This document shows, piece by piece, positions 22,091-34,845 of a stretch of DNA of 64,000 bases (the first letter of the stretch is position 1; each line of letters begins with the position of its first letter). This stretch comes from Phoronis australis (lineage: Eukaryota > Animalia > Phoronida). Under the pieces are notes generated by a model. It worked only from the letters and a program-made list of their open reading frames with translations. It ran no database searches and had not been told where the DNA came from. The position numbers and the translations under genes are program-made. The stretch spans positions 62,001-126,000 of the forward strand of contig NMRA01000359.1 in NCBI GenBank assembly GCA_002633005.1, written 5' to 3'.

Positions 22091-23528
22091 AATGATGTAA
22101 CTTCCACTCACAATCACCATCATAATTTCCGTCATAATCAGCACAAACATCATTAATATCAACATCATCCAGCACCATCATCGGATCAACAAGCCTATTG
22201 TCATCATAATCATCAAATCAGCATATACACCATCAGTATCACCGTAATCACAATCACCACCATTACCATCGTCACCATAAACAGTATTATGACCACCCAA
22301 GCAAAGCTATTGTTTAACTTGCGAGATCCATGCGACGGGCGTAAGCGCATCGCGTGGTTTTCGCCTATGAGACGCTATCATGGTTTTCCTTTGTTACGTC
22401 TTTGTTGGACATAACAATACAGGTTCCATGGTTATCGTACCTTGGGCGCCCATCAGCCGGTTACCGATAAATTCTTACTATTATCTTTAACATACCGATA
22501 CTTATGCGAGGAGCTTGCGCCCTTGTAGTTTCCCGTGGGCCCCATCGTCGTCACCGTGGCCATCTTCCGACTCATCATCATCATCATTACCATCAGTACT
22601 ATCATGGTCATCGTCACCACCCCACCGTCAGTGCTAACCATGTCATCAACACCACCAAAATCATCTCCACGAAGCTTACTTTTTTTGTTCTCAAATCGTC
22701 ATAATTATCATCATCGTCTTCATCTTTATCATCATTTTTATTATAAAAGGTTCGTCGGTTGACTTGTTTGTTTGGGGCTCTCTGACAGAATAACTTTCAC
22801 TCCAACTTGCTCGATATCGCTGGTTCTACTTCCGGTTTATTCAGACAATTATTTGTAGACAGATGCACTACATGAGGCAGTGAGGAAGTTATGTTTTTGC
22901 ACGTAGTTACAGAAGAGCATACGAATTTTTCAAATTTGAAGAGAATTTTCGCCAAGTAATGTCTACTGTTTCATTCAAACTGGATGAGAAGCTTGCATCA
23001 CCATGTGCCTGCCACGAAAATTTAGCGACAGCAACACAAAGGAATTTTTACCGATTCCCTTACATAGCATCTCTTCTCTACACAAATACATTACTATAAG
23101 TAGTCATTTTATGCATCATCTGAAATGAGATTACCGATTGGCGTCCATTAAGGATAATTAGTAGACTCATGGCCGACAGTATGTCAAAGGCGACCTGATT
23201 TTAGGGATAGTATTGATTGTTTTTTGCTTCAGGAAATGTGACTGAGAAAACGCGTTGTTCCACATTACCCTACCAATACAAATGCTGTTCGCAAAAGATT
23301 TACATGTAGTTGAACACCATCGAGTTCTGTTGATAACGAAATTAAAACTTACCTATGTACAGTATGCATTTTAGTTACCGTTAATACAAACCAAGGGCTT
23401 TGTTTAAAGAGTGAAAATTGACCAATGATGTGTGCACCTTACACATAAAATAGGCGCATTCTCTTTAAAACTTTCTTTAAAACTGTTCGATGTTCTAATT
23501 GCAGGGGCTCTTGCGAAAGTAAATAACC

Positions 23529-24699
23529 ATGGCGTTATCACCGTGGGACCTCCGGGGTCTTGGGTTCGATTGGAATTATCGGCCGAGACGCGAAAGTTAT
23601 CTATTTGCAACACGGCTGAGCAGGCGGCGAAATGAAAGTTACCGTGGTGCCACGCGTTCTCGAGAGGATTCCGAAAGCAGTTCCGTTGGACCAGATTTCA
23701 TTGATGCGACCTTGAACAGAAGGAAACGGAAGCAAAGTTATGTCAAAGCAATGCAACTGCACAGCAACAGTCGTCATCACGTGACTGTACATAGAACCAA
23801 AAGTGATATGGATGCAAAATGTGACTTGGAGGGAAGTCACCAAAACTACGTTAACGCTTACAGTAGCCGGAGTTATCCCGCCCTGCAGGTTCCAGAGATT
23901 ACTATAACTCCTAGCACTAGTGACGAAGAGGTTCACAATGGAATACACGTGAGTGTGTCGGACAGTGCGCTAAATTCGACGAGGCATGTGCCTCCGCCTC
24001 CTATCGTAGTTCCAAAAGCAATGAGCCTTCCAAATGGAGGGCCAAGTATGAACAAACAAAGCACTGCCGTAGTGTATAGAGAATCGCCGAGGGTTGTGAA
24101 TTACAAGAAAAATCTAATAATAATTAATGCTGGGTTCATTTTAATCTTCACCGCATTCCGTGCTATACAAAACCTCGAGTCGTCTTTAAATTCTCTGAAC
24201 AGTTCTGGCACTTTATCTATGGCGGCTCTTTACCTAATGATTTTCTTTTCCTGTCCGTTTGCACCTCTAATCGTGAACAAACTGAGTGCCAAATGGACTA
24301 TACTCCTGGGATTAATTGGCTACCAACTCTGGATAATCACGAATATGTTTCCGCATCTGGTTACCTTGATTCCGTCTTCTTTAGCAGTTGGTGCCGGTCA
24401 GAGCATAGCTTGGTGCGGCGAAGTGATTTACATCACAACACTTGTTACGGACCACATACAATCTCGAGACAACGTTCAGCCGGAGAAACTGCAAAAATAC
24501 AATGGGTTTTTCCTGGCCGGTTTTCAGTCAACGCACATTTGGGGGAACCTGGTGGCGTCGCTGGTTCTAGATGCGAGCAGCAGTGATATTGTTGCCCCCG
24601 TGCCCACTGGAAACGACACTTCCAAACTTGTCACTAACCACAAATGTGGGGTTTTTGATACATGCCCGGACATGGTGACGTCACGATGGGTGCCACGAG
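23529..24699 (+). CDS. UNC93A: UNC-93-family MFS membrane protein, coding exon 1
   Basis: KNLIIINAGFILIFTAFRAIQNLESSLN...SAKWT...FLAGFQSTHIWGNLVASLVL is the UNC-93 signature; acceptor gcag at 23501-04; donor GT at 24700 (phase 1). Symbol denotes family, orthology untested. Confidence 0.9.
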
Positions 24700-25019
24700 G
24701 TAACATTTCTTCAGCTTTGGGTTATATGACGTGAACATAAATAGCATAGATCTTTGTCTTAACAAATTGGCTAAATGGTCAAATTTAGTCTCTTCTGTAC
24801 AGCTAGTCATTCTAATATTTAAAAAAGAAGAATCTCGTTTTCAAGTAGGAACACGGCGGTACCGACTACTTGGTAGTTTGACAAACTGAGGACCAAATCC
24901 TATATTGTTTCTTAAATATTGTGTATCTGTCGTGTAGCAGTGATTATCTTCAAAAAGAAAAAATCCCAAATAAATGATGGAAAAAGGTCAGAACAATCGA
25001 TATAGTTTTTCATTTATAG

Positions 25020-25156
25020 AGGTTACCATGACTACTGAACCAGTAGTGAACCTGATGGGCGTGTACTTGGCTTTGACTGTGACTGGGTTCCTTCTGATTC
25101 TTCTTTTCCTGGACCGCATTGACGCCCGTCCTGCACCAGGGTTAACAGCAAGCGAG
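25020..25156 (+). CDS. UNC93A: UNC-93-like coding exon 2
   Basis: ttatag acceptor; (E)VTMTTEPVVNLMGVYLALTVTGFLLILLFLDRID...TASE; donor gtgaag at 25157 (phase 0). Confidence 0.8.
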
Positions 25157-28100
25157 GTGAAGACGTGTAACGTGATTTACATGTACATTCTACGGTTCCT
25201 TTCATGTAATACTAAAATGTCGATTTGAGGGAATCCTCGCGATGCGAGTAGCGGATATTTTTCCCTTAAAATCGTCATTCTAGACAAAAATTAGATGAAG
25301 GGAAATGTAACGTTCTATTGGTTTCTTCCTCAGTAACTTTCTGTGACTTTTGACTTAAATTGACTTTGAAGGTATTTTTGGTGCTTTTGTTCTGGAAGAT
25401 GGTTTGTAAGGTGCACCTGCCACAACAAATGGGTACAGTGATGATAAGGAAGCCACACGGCGCGTTATGCATGTCACTCCAACAGTCTGAGTATCCTTTT
25501 AAAGGTACACTCCCAAGGTTAAACACAACAAAATTGTGATTTGGGAAACTGCACATCTGAAAAGCGGACCTCGTTAAATCAGCATGACAGCTGATAGGCT
25601 ACGGGCTCCATTAAATCTCGGAATAGGAACCGTTTAAAGTATATAAAACCACCGTTTATCTTGTTTTACAAGTGATACATTGTCACCATCATTAAGCATT
25701 TCTAAGGTTTTTAAGATCCATGAACATGTGTGTGACGTATGAACGTACGTAGAACCAGTGTGTCATGTCCGCCAACACGCAAGTTTCTTGTACAAGCTTG
25801 TGCGCCATACCCACGCTTCTCCGATGTCCAGTGAGAAAATGAAATGCGCCATAGCGTGGTCAAATACTATAAGTTGTCGCAATTACCACATAACATAAAC
25901 CAAAGGAAAACGAGCAGCAATATCTGACTGTACTTTTTACAGTAAACACAATGACAGAAGACTGGCGCTGTGATTGGTTGTCCTCATTTTACGTGATATG
26001 TTTCGACCAATAAATGCTCTTAACTCGAGATCAGCTAATTAACATATCGTCAGATAGTGTTTGCGGGTGTTCTAATTGGACAGGTAATAAGTACTCAGAA
26101 AACTTTTTAAATACAAGCGTAGTATGACGTTTAATCTGACAAATTCATGAAATCGTATCCATTGTGGTTGATATAAATCAAACATACAAAATAAATGAAC
26201 AATAACAACTTACTCAGTATGAATAAACAACTAATAAGTAGACTATAAATAAAAAGTGTATAACATCATAAAATTAATAGGTTAATGATCAGTCAAAAAG
26301 ATTGAACCAGAATGAAAAATACCAATAGGCTCTAAACACCAAGAAAAAATCAGCAAGACAACGATTTAACCTACATCCTTTCATAGCCTTCCAGTCAAGT
26401 TTGTTCAAGCTCCGTAATCGTTTAAGTGCGTGAGCAAATCGATGTTGAATTGCATTTTTCATATAATGACGCGCCAGTCAACGAACTTGATATTTTTAGG
26501 ATTGTTACGTTGCTCTGTCGCGGTGAACAGTGTTGATAGACCGGCTATGTACTCACTGGCGAGGCCGGCATCGTCAGTACTACAGTATTCCCATATAGGA
26601 GTCAAAGGTAGTGTTTGCCGCCAATTCGAGTTGGCTATTTCCCATCCTCAAATATTGGCACTGGTGTTTGTTTCATTCTTTCTGTATTGTCTCATGCCCG
26701 GTAGCCTACATTTCTAAGTGCAGTAATATTTTCAGAAATAATACTGTTCGGGCGTATACAAAATTAAGTTAGACAGCTCGGCATTTTGTAGACGTGGTCT
26801 TAGGCTCGCGGTGGAATGAAAAGAGATTATCATTTTTGCCAAGAATTGGTCAAATTATTATCGACTCGTGTCTTTTTCATCATTCAACATCATCACGAAG
26901 ATCCATTTTTCAACTGACGTCATCGAGATGGTCTAGGGAACAGAGCATCCTTTTTAGGAACCCCGGGTCTGCAGCCGTGATCAATACACCACAAATGACG
27001 AATTACATTGGCTGTTGAATTTAGCTTAATACATCCCTAGTGTAAAATGTTTAATTAGCAACATGTCTCAAAACGAATACTATAAAAACCCACTTTCACT
27101 ATATTGAAGATTACTGGAAAATGAGATTGACGTCACTCAGTTCTTACTGATCTTTCAAAACCCGTCACAACCTGCATTATATTTTAACTTGAATCCGCCA
27201 GAAGTACAACGGGGACTTCCAAATCGAGGCAACATCAAGATACTACATGTAGTTCATTGTTAAGTTTCTGGTATCACGCTGACTCGCAAGCCATCAGTAT
27301 TACTTACCACGGATAAAAGAGTTCATTACTAAAACCAAATGGAACCAGCTTAATCCGCCTTTAGCTGCAAATGGAAACCAAACGTAATTTATCATATTTC
27401 GTCGGGTAAAAAGAATCCTAAAAGTTTCATGAGGAATTCAATTTCAGAGGCCACACAACTCGAAAATCATCAATTTTAGTCCACGGTTTGTCAATTTATT
27501 TTGGCCAGTATTTTATTACCGTGAAGTCGTCGCTAATACGATAATTGATCAGCTTCACACGAAAGGACATTAGACGAGCGTTCAAGATAAACAAGCTTCT
27601 TGACGACAGCGGTTCTTGTACCAATCTATACATGTAGTCGTGAAACTGGTTGAGTTTCTAATGGTCAGAGATCATTTGACACAGTAACGTAAAGCCTAGT
27701 AATACACAGAAGTTCTAGTGCTTTTATGCGATCGAGATAAAAAGACATAACGCAGGATGACAGTAGTTTTGACCAACTTATAAAAACCTGTCACTGGCAG
27801 TATAACAGTTAATCAATAACTACCGGAATTAGTAGGTGGAAGATTAGATTAGTGTCGGCTTAGAAATCTCAAGACTGTTAAGGTTGTCGGCGGAATTCTA
27901 ATATGCCATATCAAATGGCTCGGACTCTAATAGGTTTTTTGAAACTTGTCTACTTAACCACAGCACTGGCGTACGGAAGGAGCTGTCCCTTGTGGCATAC
28001 GGTGCAAATCTAGCCATTTGATCAAAAGAAATTGATTAAACACTATTGCTCTATATATCACTGATGCCGAAAGTGTCTAAGCTGGGAGGCTGTTAAGGCC

Positions 28101-28415
28101 GTAATATCGGGTAACGGCCGTGATTAAGTAGCCGGAGCAAATACGTACGGAAATGCACGTACGAATAAAAGTTGATTTGGACTGACGAGATAGCCAGAAA
28201 TGAAATACAGTGACAGGAATGACAAGAACAGTAATCTAGATCTAAAATATTTGGGGCATGCTCCATTTGGTAGGAACTCGCTCAATTATGGCTTAGGATG
28301 TGCACGACCCTTGTTATTTTGATATGTATTTTAAATGTATCCTTCTGACTAGAGGCTCCGTCCAGGAACTTGTCAGAGTCTCAGTATTTGACTGCGTCCG
28401 TGAGTTACTGTACAA

Positions 28416-28570
28416 CGGGGCGGATCCAGGATTTTGAGTTAGGGGGGTAGGGCACAGTATTAGCCAGGATTTTGCCTGTCAGACATTCGCACCCCCGAAC
28501 TGTCAAATGGAATCTTGGAGAATTTTAGGGGGGCCATCGCCCCCTTGGCCCACCTCTAAATCCGTCGCTG
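28416..28570 (-). mobile_element. About 160-bp MITE (CAGTGGCGGAT-type TIR, hAT-like); copies at 47993-48154 and 50444-50603, partial at 56114-56220 and 61304-61410
   Basis: Shared GGCGGATCCAGGATTTTG...GGCAAAATCCTGG...CCCCCTAAAATTCTC...AAATCCGCCACTG sequence in several places. Confidence 0.65.
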
Positions 28571-29384
28571 AACACCTCTCACGTTGTGTCAAATTTGCGT
28601 TAGCCAAAGCTTAAAACCGATTTGATATCTAGGTTCATAACTCAAATTGAATCTATTATGATTTGGACAGATTATATGGTTATACACCCACCAGTGGCTT
28701 GCATATCGGTGTTGATAGTTCGCAATACTTATTGCTCATACCGACCGCCTTATTGACCGCTGTTATGGTAACGAAGTTTCAATTCCTTTTAGTAACATTT
28801 TTGTGAAGTAGTGATTCGATTTCGGCATATTAATGCACGTGAGTCAACACTTTACCTACCGCTACACGTCCATAAGCACAGCGCCAAAATCGATGATATT
28901 TTAGTTCTTTTTAAATCAACCGGATTCTTACTTTACGTTTGTTTTTAAGTAACTAAAATACAAAACCACTCAGTACGGAACCCAAAACTGCGTCAACGTG
29001 ACGCAGTTCACTACGCCAGGCTATTGCGCAAAAGGTTTGTTTCCAAAAACTTAATTCATTGGCTTACAGTACAGTGTACAAGTCATTTGCCTGGACACTA
29101 AACGCGCTGGCAGGCAGCTTGCGATTTCATTGGCAGAACAAAATGATGGTTGCCCATTTTGTAAAAAAAACTACCATTGTATGATTGCAAACATGATATC
29201 TTTCCCAAAATAAAATCGATTGTTCGTTTGTTCATTCCGAGCATCTCGTGGTGCTTTTTTCAAAATCTCTCCACAACCTTTTGTGCAAACAATTACTAGA
29301 TGACTGATTGAACGAGTAATCGACATGCAATCGAAAGCCCAATTATAGCCTCCTTCCACGAATTACTTCTGTAATGTAATCATA

Positions 29385-29540
29385 TAATAAAACAATTATC
29401 GACTTTCACACCCGGTCCTTATTTTGGTTTTCAGACCCCAAAAATGTGACAATGACCTTGGTCCCGCCTCCGTCATTATCGTATTTTGAGGGTCTGAAAA
29501 CCACCACGTTGACCTCGGTGGAAGTCAGTAACTGTATTGA
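29385..29540. repeat. Palindromic (fold-back) non-autonomous element, Crypton-like
   Basis: ataaaacaattatcgactttcac...ggttttcagaccc | gggtctgaaaacc...gtggaagtcagtaactgtatt: imperfect inverted symmetry along its whole length. Confidence 0.5.
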
Positions 29541-29692
29541 GTTGGGTAAAGTAAATTCAACGAGGATGTCAACTGGCTCATATTTTCAAATGAACTCATG
29601 ACATTTACTAAAGGTTATACCAAGTCATAATTCATGACGTTAGCAGCCTAACTACCTTGTAATATCTAAATCCAATGATACGTCTATTGCAG

Positions 29693-29812
29693 CTAATTCG
29701 AGAAACTCTACAGTGTCTGAGCGGAGGAGAGCTGAAAATATATCGTCTGCTCATTCCGATGCTTCTGTTTAATGGATTCGAACAAGGATTCATCTACGCA
29801 GACTTTACTAAG
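29693..29812 (+). CDS. UNC93A: UNC-93-like coding exon 3 (absent from the ORF track)
   Basis: ttgcag|LIRETLQCLSGGELKIYRLLIPMLLFNGFEQGFIYADFTK|gtacc; 120 bp, phase 0/0; the GxEQGF..DFT motif is expected before SFV.C.LG. Confidence 0.85.
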
Positions 29813-29907
29813 GTACCTTCCCTTTAGCGTTTCACATGCTCTTGTACATGTATTCCAAGAAATGAAAGTAGGCTCCTTGTGACGAGATGCAAAATGCAAT
29901 CAATATA

Positions 29908-30900
29908 CAAGATGACCCAAAAACGCCCTTCATGAAAATGTGAATAACTTTTTCACTAATAAAGCTGTTGTTTTTCCATTTCATGTTTAGGAAGGTTAGT
30001 GTGTGTACAAACGTTCATGGCAGTAGTTTTCACAGGATGCCTTGGACAGTTGTGGAAACAAAAAATCTTCGGAAACATATGTCGAGACAAGGTTGCAGTG
30101 ATCCAGACTTCTTTGATGATCTATGATATTCCAATAAAGGTAGTTTTTATGGTCTGGACATGTGAACTCAAAGAATAGAATCTTATAGGGCAGTACCCTC
30201 CTCAGGACTATAGAAAGGCTATTTCATACCACTTAGTGCACCGCGTGGGTGGCTATGTCAAAACACGGGCTCATTGGACTAGTATTGTTCGAGGATGAAA
30301 ATGAACATTGAGCATTACCTTGTGGTTGTTCGGAAGTCTTGGGCAGCACTTGGCCGCCGTCGAAAAGGGGTTATTAGTAATGAGCAGTGGTTTCAGCAGG
30401 GTGTGGTGCAATTCTTTTCACTTCAAATGACTCTGAAATGGCTACGGGAATGGTTAAAGGATCGCCTTATCAATCGAAGGTGTGACCCAGAGTGGGCTTC
30501 TCATTCACCGCACCGGATTCCCCCAGATCTTTATTTGTGAGGTAATTCGAAGGATAATATATACAAGAATAGCACCATACAATTCCTGAACTGGCGGAGG
30601 CAATTACAGCTAAGATCAGGGCGATACAAAAGGAGGACTGTGAGTTATCGACAAGTGTGTTTGCAATGCGGAAGAGCACATCTTAGAGCTCACCATGGAA
30701 AGGCAATAAAACAGAGACTGATCAGATTACAGGAATGAAATTTGATGAGCAAGTCAGGCACAGACCCAGGTTGATATGTAGAAAGAGGGCTGCACTGAAG
30801 CAAAGTTGTAGATTCTATTGACACTTTCGTGGGTGCAATCTTGGGTCAACCTGTACTCATTCTATTGACATTTTCGTGGGTGAAATTTTGGGTCAACCTG
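29908..30900 (+). mobile_element. Decayed Tc1/mariner-superfamily transposon with tandemly duplicated right TIR
   Basis: TA|CAAGATGACCCAA ... TTGGGTCAACCTG|TA (twice, ending 30853 and 30900); WFQQG...LKWLRE...RLI...WASHSP...PPDLYL*G transposase C-terminal motifs. Confidence 0.75.
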
Positions 30901-31037
30901 TACTAGACGTCAATCACACAGAAGACTAGTATCCAGATGAGTTGTTCCGGCAGGTAGTGGTAGTCCGGTTAATAGGGGACTCCTTCACGTGACATTCTAA
31001 AATCTATTTGGTATGAAAATGTAGTAGTATCACGTCT

Positions 31038-34000
31038 TCTTCTTCTTCTTCTTCTTCATCTTCTTCTTTTTCTTCTTCAGCGTTCCCGGCCATCTAGCTT
31101 AGATAGTCAGTCTGGTCTTTTGGGCGAAGTCTGCAGTTCGCCGCAATGATGCCGTTGGGCCCCACAGTTTTACCTTGAGTTCCACCGGACTGGGCCATGT
31201 CTGGCGCCTTTGGGAATCAAACGTAGGGCATCTCTGCAGTAAATGCTCAGGTGTCTGGGGGCCAGTGCCACAGGGACACTCGTCTGTGTGAGAGATTTTT
31301 AGGCGATGCATGTGGGAGAGCAGCCGGCAGTGGCCGGTTCTTAGCCTGAAGATAGTGACTTGTTCCTGCCGGTCAAGCTGGTGGATATAGTCTTCTTCAG
31401 TCTCTAGACGTAGGCATGTCCTTCAGGCATTTCTAAAGTAACTTCGTAGGAGGGTTTTTATTTCTCCATATGATGATGGGTGCGACGTCTGCTCCAGTTT
31501 GCTTCCTGCCGTGGAGAGTCTGTCTGCTTTCTTCCAGTTAAGCTTGCCGTCTTTTCCATTTCCGTGATGGGGGTGGTCTTCATGCCTCCTGTGATTAAGC
31601 GCAGACCAGTATTCTGGACCCTGGCTAAGTTGTCTGTGTTGGTTTTGGCAGCTGTAGACCATGCGTTAGAGGCATACTCCACCTGGGGTCTGACAGATCC
31701 CGTGTAGACTTGGGCAAGATCTTCATGTTTACACCACAACGGGTACCAGCAAGTTTCTTCATCACAACAATTTTCTTAGTGGCTTTGTTGCGCATGGCAG
31801 CAATGTGAGCCTCTTGTCCACTTTAACCCCAAGGTAGGTTGGGGTTTCTTGGTGGGGATTATCCTGGCCTTCTAGCTGGAGCGAGAACTCTTCTTTTTTG
31901 GGAGAAAGGGTAAAGCACGTGGCCTCTGTTTTGGTCCTGTTGATCGTGACCATCCACTCTTTTACCCAGTTTAGGATGATGTCCATGGCTTCCTGCATTT
32001 TGTAAGCTGCTGTGGTGATGTATTCTGCTTTTGTCCATACAGCCAGGTCATCTGCATGGAGAGTCCTTGAAATGTCCGTAGACAGGTGTTCAGCAGTTTC
32101 ATCAATGAAGACAACAAAGAGTGTCCGCGATATTATGTTGCCCTGGGGTATTCCTTCCCTAGTCCTAATCAGCTTGCTTGTCTGTCCTTCCAGCTGTACG
32201 CGCGCAGATCTTTAGAAGAGGTAACTGTTAATCCACGCATACATTTTGCCACATACTTGTTTTTGGAGGAGCTTGAGGAGTAAGCCCTCCTCCCAGACCT
32301 TATCGAAGGCTTTTGTTAGGTCCACAAATACGGCTAGTGTCTTCATTTTCTGCTGAAAGCCATTTTCTATGTTTTGGGTGAGCAGTGTGATCTGATCCTC
32401 TGTGCTTCTGTTCTTTCTGAACCCTGACTGGGTGGAGTTTATAAGCCTGTTCTTTTCAAGATGATATTGCAGACGTTTGTTGACCATGCGTTCCATGAGT
32501 TTGCCGGGACAGCTGAGAAAGCTGACGGGGCGATAGCTGCTCTTGCTGTGACTGTCCTTGGAATGATTATGGCTTCCTTCCAGCTGAGTGGAAAAAAAAA
32601 TTCTCCAACACTGGTTGTAAATATCCAGAAGCTTCTGTTTGGTGAGACTTCCAAGGTGTTGAATCATGTCATTGCTGATGCCGTCCTTTCCGGGTGCCTT
32701 CTTGGTCTTGAGTTGTCTGATGGAATTGTTCAGTTCTTGCATGGTGAAGTCGTTAGTCATGCTGGCAGTTTGTTGTGGTTGCCTCTTTCTCAGTTCCTCT
32801 GTTTTCTTTGTTCGGGCTTCTGCTGTTTTCTGCCTAGGAATGTCCAGGAGACTGACATCTCTAAAATTCTCAGCAAGCAGGGCTCTCCTCCCAGTGTAAG
32901 TCTGTCCATTTTCTTTTAGGAGCGTCACTCTTGGAGTGCACTGGTGGTCGTCGTTTAGGGTCTTTGTGAGGTGCCACAGTTTCCCTGTGTCTTTCTCCAT
33001 GTTTAGAGAGCTGGTCTTTTCGTGCCAGGACTTGCGGATTTCTGTTGTCTTTTCCTCATCAAATGCAGCTCTTGCTTGGTTGTAGATTTCTGTGTTTTGC
33101 GGGGTTGGGTCTTTTTCAAGTTGCTCTCTTGTTGATGTTACTTGGTCATGGAGACTCTGCAGTTGGTCACTCCAATATGGTTTGTAGTCTCTTCGTCTTC
33201 CCCTTGGAATGCTCTGGCGTGCCGCCTGGAGGATGCAGTTGGAAATCCGCCTGACATTGATGTTGAGGTCTTCCTTTGAGTCAAAGGTGATTTTTCTGCA
33301 GAGTGTGTGTGTCAGTTTTTTAAACTTCGTCCAGTTTGCCTTTTTGTAGTTCCATCTAGGCTCTTTTCTTGTGACGGAGGGTTGTTCTAGTAGTGAGAGC
33401 TTAATTAGGACTGGTAAGTGGTCACTCCCTCCTAGCTGGTTTGTGACCATCCTGTTGCATACTTTCTGGATGTCTTCCGTGGCTATGGCAAGGTCTGGAG
33501 TGCTTGTCGTCTTCCAAGCTCGGGACAGGCAGGTTGGCTTATCGTCCGGCTTGTTGATAAGGATGAGACAGTTGTCAATCATAAAGTCTTCAATTTGTTC
33601 TCCTCTACTCTTCATGTCTTTGTATTCCCAGCTTGGGGAGTGACCACTAAGGTTACCTATGATAAGTACATGTAGGTCTTGGTTTGACAGGGGAAGAGTG
33701 TTGAGTTGCAGGTCTTTGTCAGGTGGGCAGTAGAAGTTGATGATGATGATTTCTCTCCCTTGGAGTACAATTTTCTCTTCGATAAATTCATTTTCTCCTA
33801 CAGACCTCCCAATCTCTATCGCTGGGATGGTGTTCCGTACGAGGGTGAGAATGCCTCCCTTGGAACGGTTGATTCTGTCATGTAGGAAAAGCTCGCACCT
33901 CTGATGAAGAAGCATCTGTAAGGTGTGTCTCATGGATACAGATGATGTCCACTTTCTCTCTACGGAGAAAATCTTGCGAAGACCCTCAGCGTTCCACTGT

Positions 34001-34643
34001 GCGAAGAAAAGCGGAGCAACTGATGTTTCTGACTGACTATGTTGGCTAGCTAGCATTGACCTTTGCTGCCTTCGGTTGAGTCTTGGATTCGCCTCACCAG
34101 TCTCTAAAGGTGGGTCCTTTCGAGGCTGAGGACCCGGCGCTGTCAAGTTGTCAAATGCCTGGCGAACCACGGGACGAGCACCATACCGTCTAATATCCGT
34201 TTGCATGGCCATGATGGGTAAAATGCGTGCATGTCTGGTTCTCTTTTGCAGGGAAGGTAATACAGGTACAGAAGGTCGTCCCGCTGTCATTAGCCGACAT
34301 GCTCTGTCTTCGTGGCAGCACATGGTTTTATTTCGGAGTGGCCTTCTCCTAGACTAGTTGCCTTCTATGGCTGATGAGCCCAGTTTGCCCAGGTTTTGGT
34401 GTAAGAGTTGTCCTTCTCGCAGGTGACAGGAGCAATGTTTTACAGGGTAAAGGATTTGGCCTTACGCCCAACCCTAGTGTGACCCTAGGGAGTGTTTGGG
34501 GTGAATTTCGTCTGATTTCTACCTTTCGACCTGCCCGGCATGAGTAGCCCTGCCAGGAGTTTAAACACCCGCCGGTAAAGCTCTAGAGGTCACGGAGATA
34601 CGCAAGCTGTTCCGCCACGACAAGGCATACACCTCAGGAACAG
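31038..34643 (-). mobile_element. End-to-end Ingi/I-group non-LTR retrotransposon (APE, RT, RNase H remnant, CCHC), frameshifted, in intron of the UNC-93 gene
   Basis: TSD AGTATCACGTCT at 31026-31037 and 34644-34655; (GAA)n tail; ORF 32212-34323 with QWNAEG, NFYCPP, GSDHLP, KAPGKDG, QSGFR, DLTKAFD; LHADD motif near 32060; C-terminal CPCG...EHLLQRC. Confidence 0.9.
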
Positions 34644-34754
34644 AGTATCACGTCTAAATCTCTTGGTTTATTTACACCAACCTCTGCCTATTCACACTGG
34701 CACGACACTTCGGTCGGTCATTTCTCCGGCTATCTTCAGGTGTTGCAACTCGAT

Positions 34755-34845
34755 GACTTAGTGGCCTAGTGGTGAGAGTGCTGAGGAGAGTACTGGACTG
34801 ACAACTGAAAGGTCTCGGGTTCAAACCCGTCGTCTACCAGAAACA
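34755..34845 (+). mobile_element. tRNA-derived SINE head fragment
   Basis: A box TGGCCTAGTGG and B box GGTTCAAACCC. Confidence 0.5.

Noticed and set aside
13570-22762. His-, Thr/Ile- or Asp/Gly-rich ORFs
   Set aside because: Translations of degenerate (CAT/CAC)n microsatellites.
28670-28780. QYLLLIP stretch as the missing UNC-93 exon
   Set aside because: No in-frame splice sites; 29693-29812 fits motif and phase.
34080-34150. Possible 2A (DxExNPGP) recoding peptide at the LINE N-terminus (TAPGP, ETGEANPRL)
   Set aside because: Neither matches the D(V/I)ExNPGP consensus.
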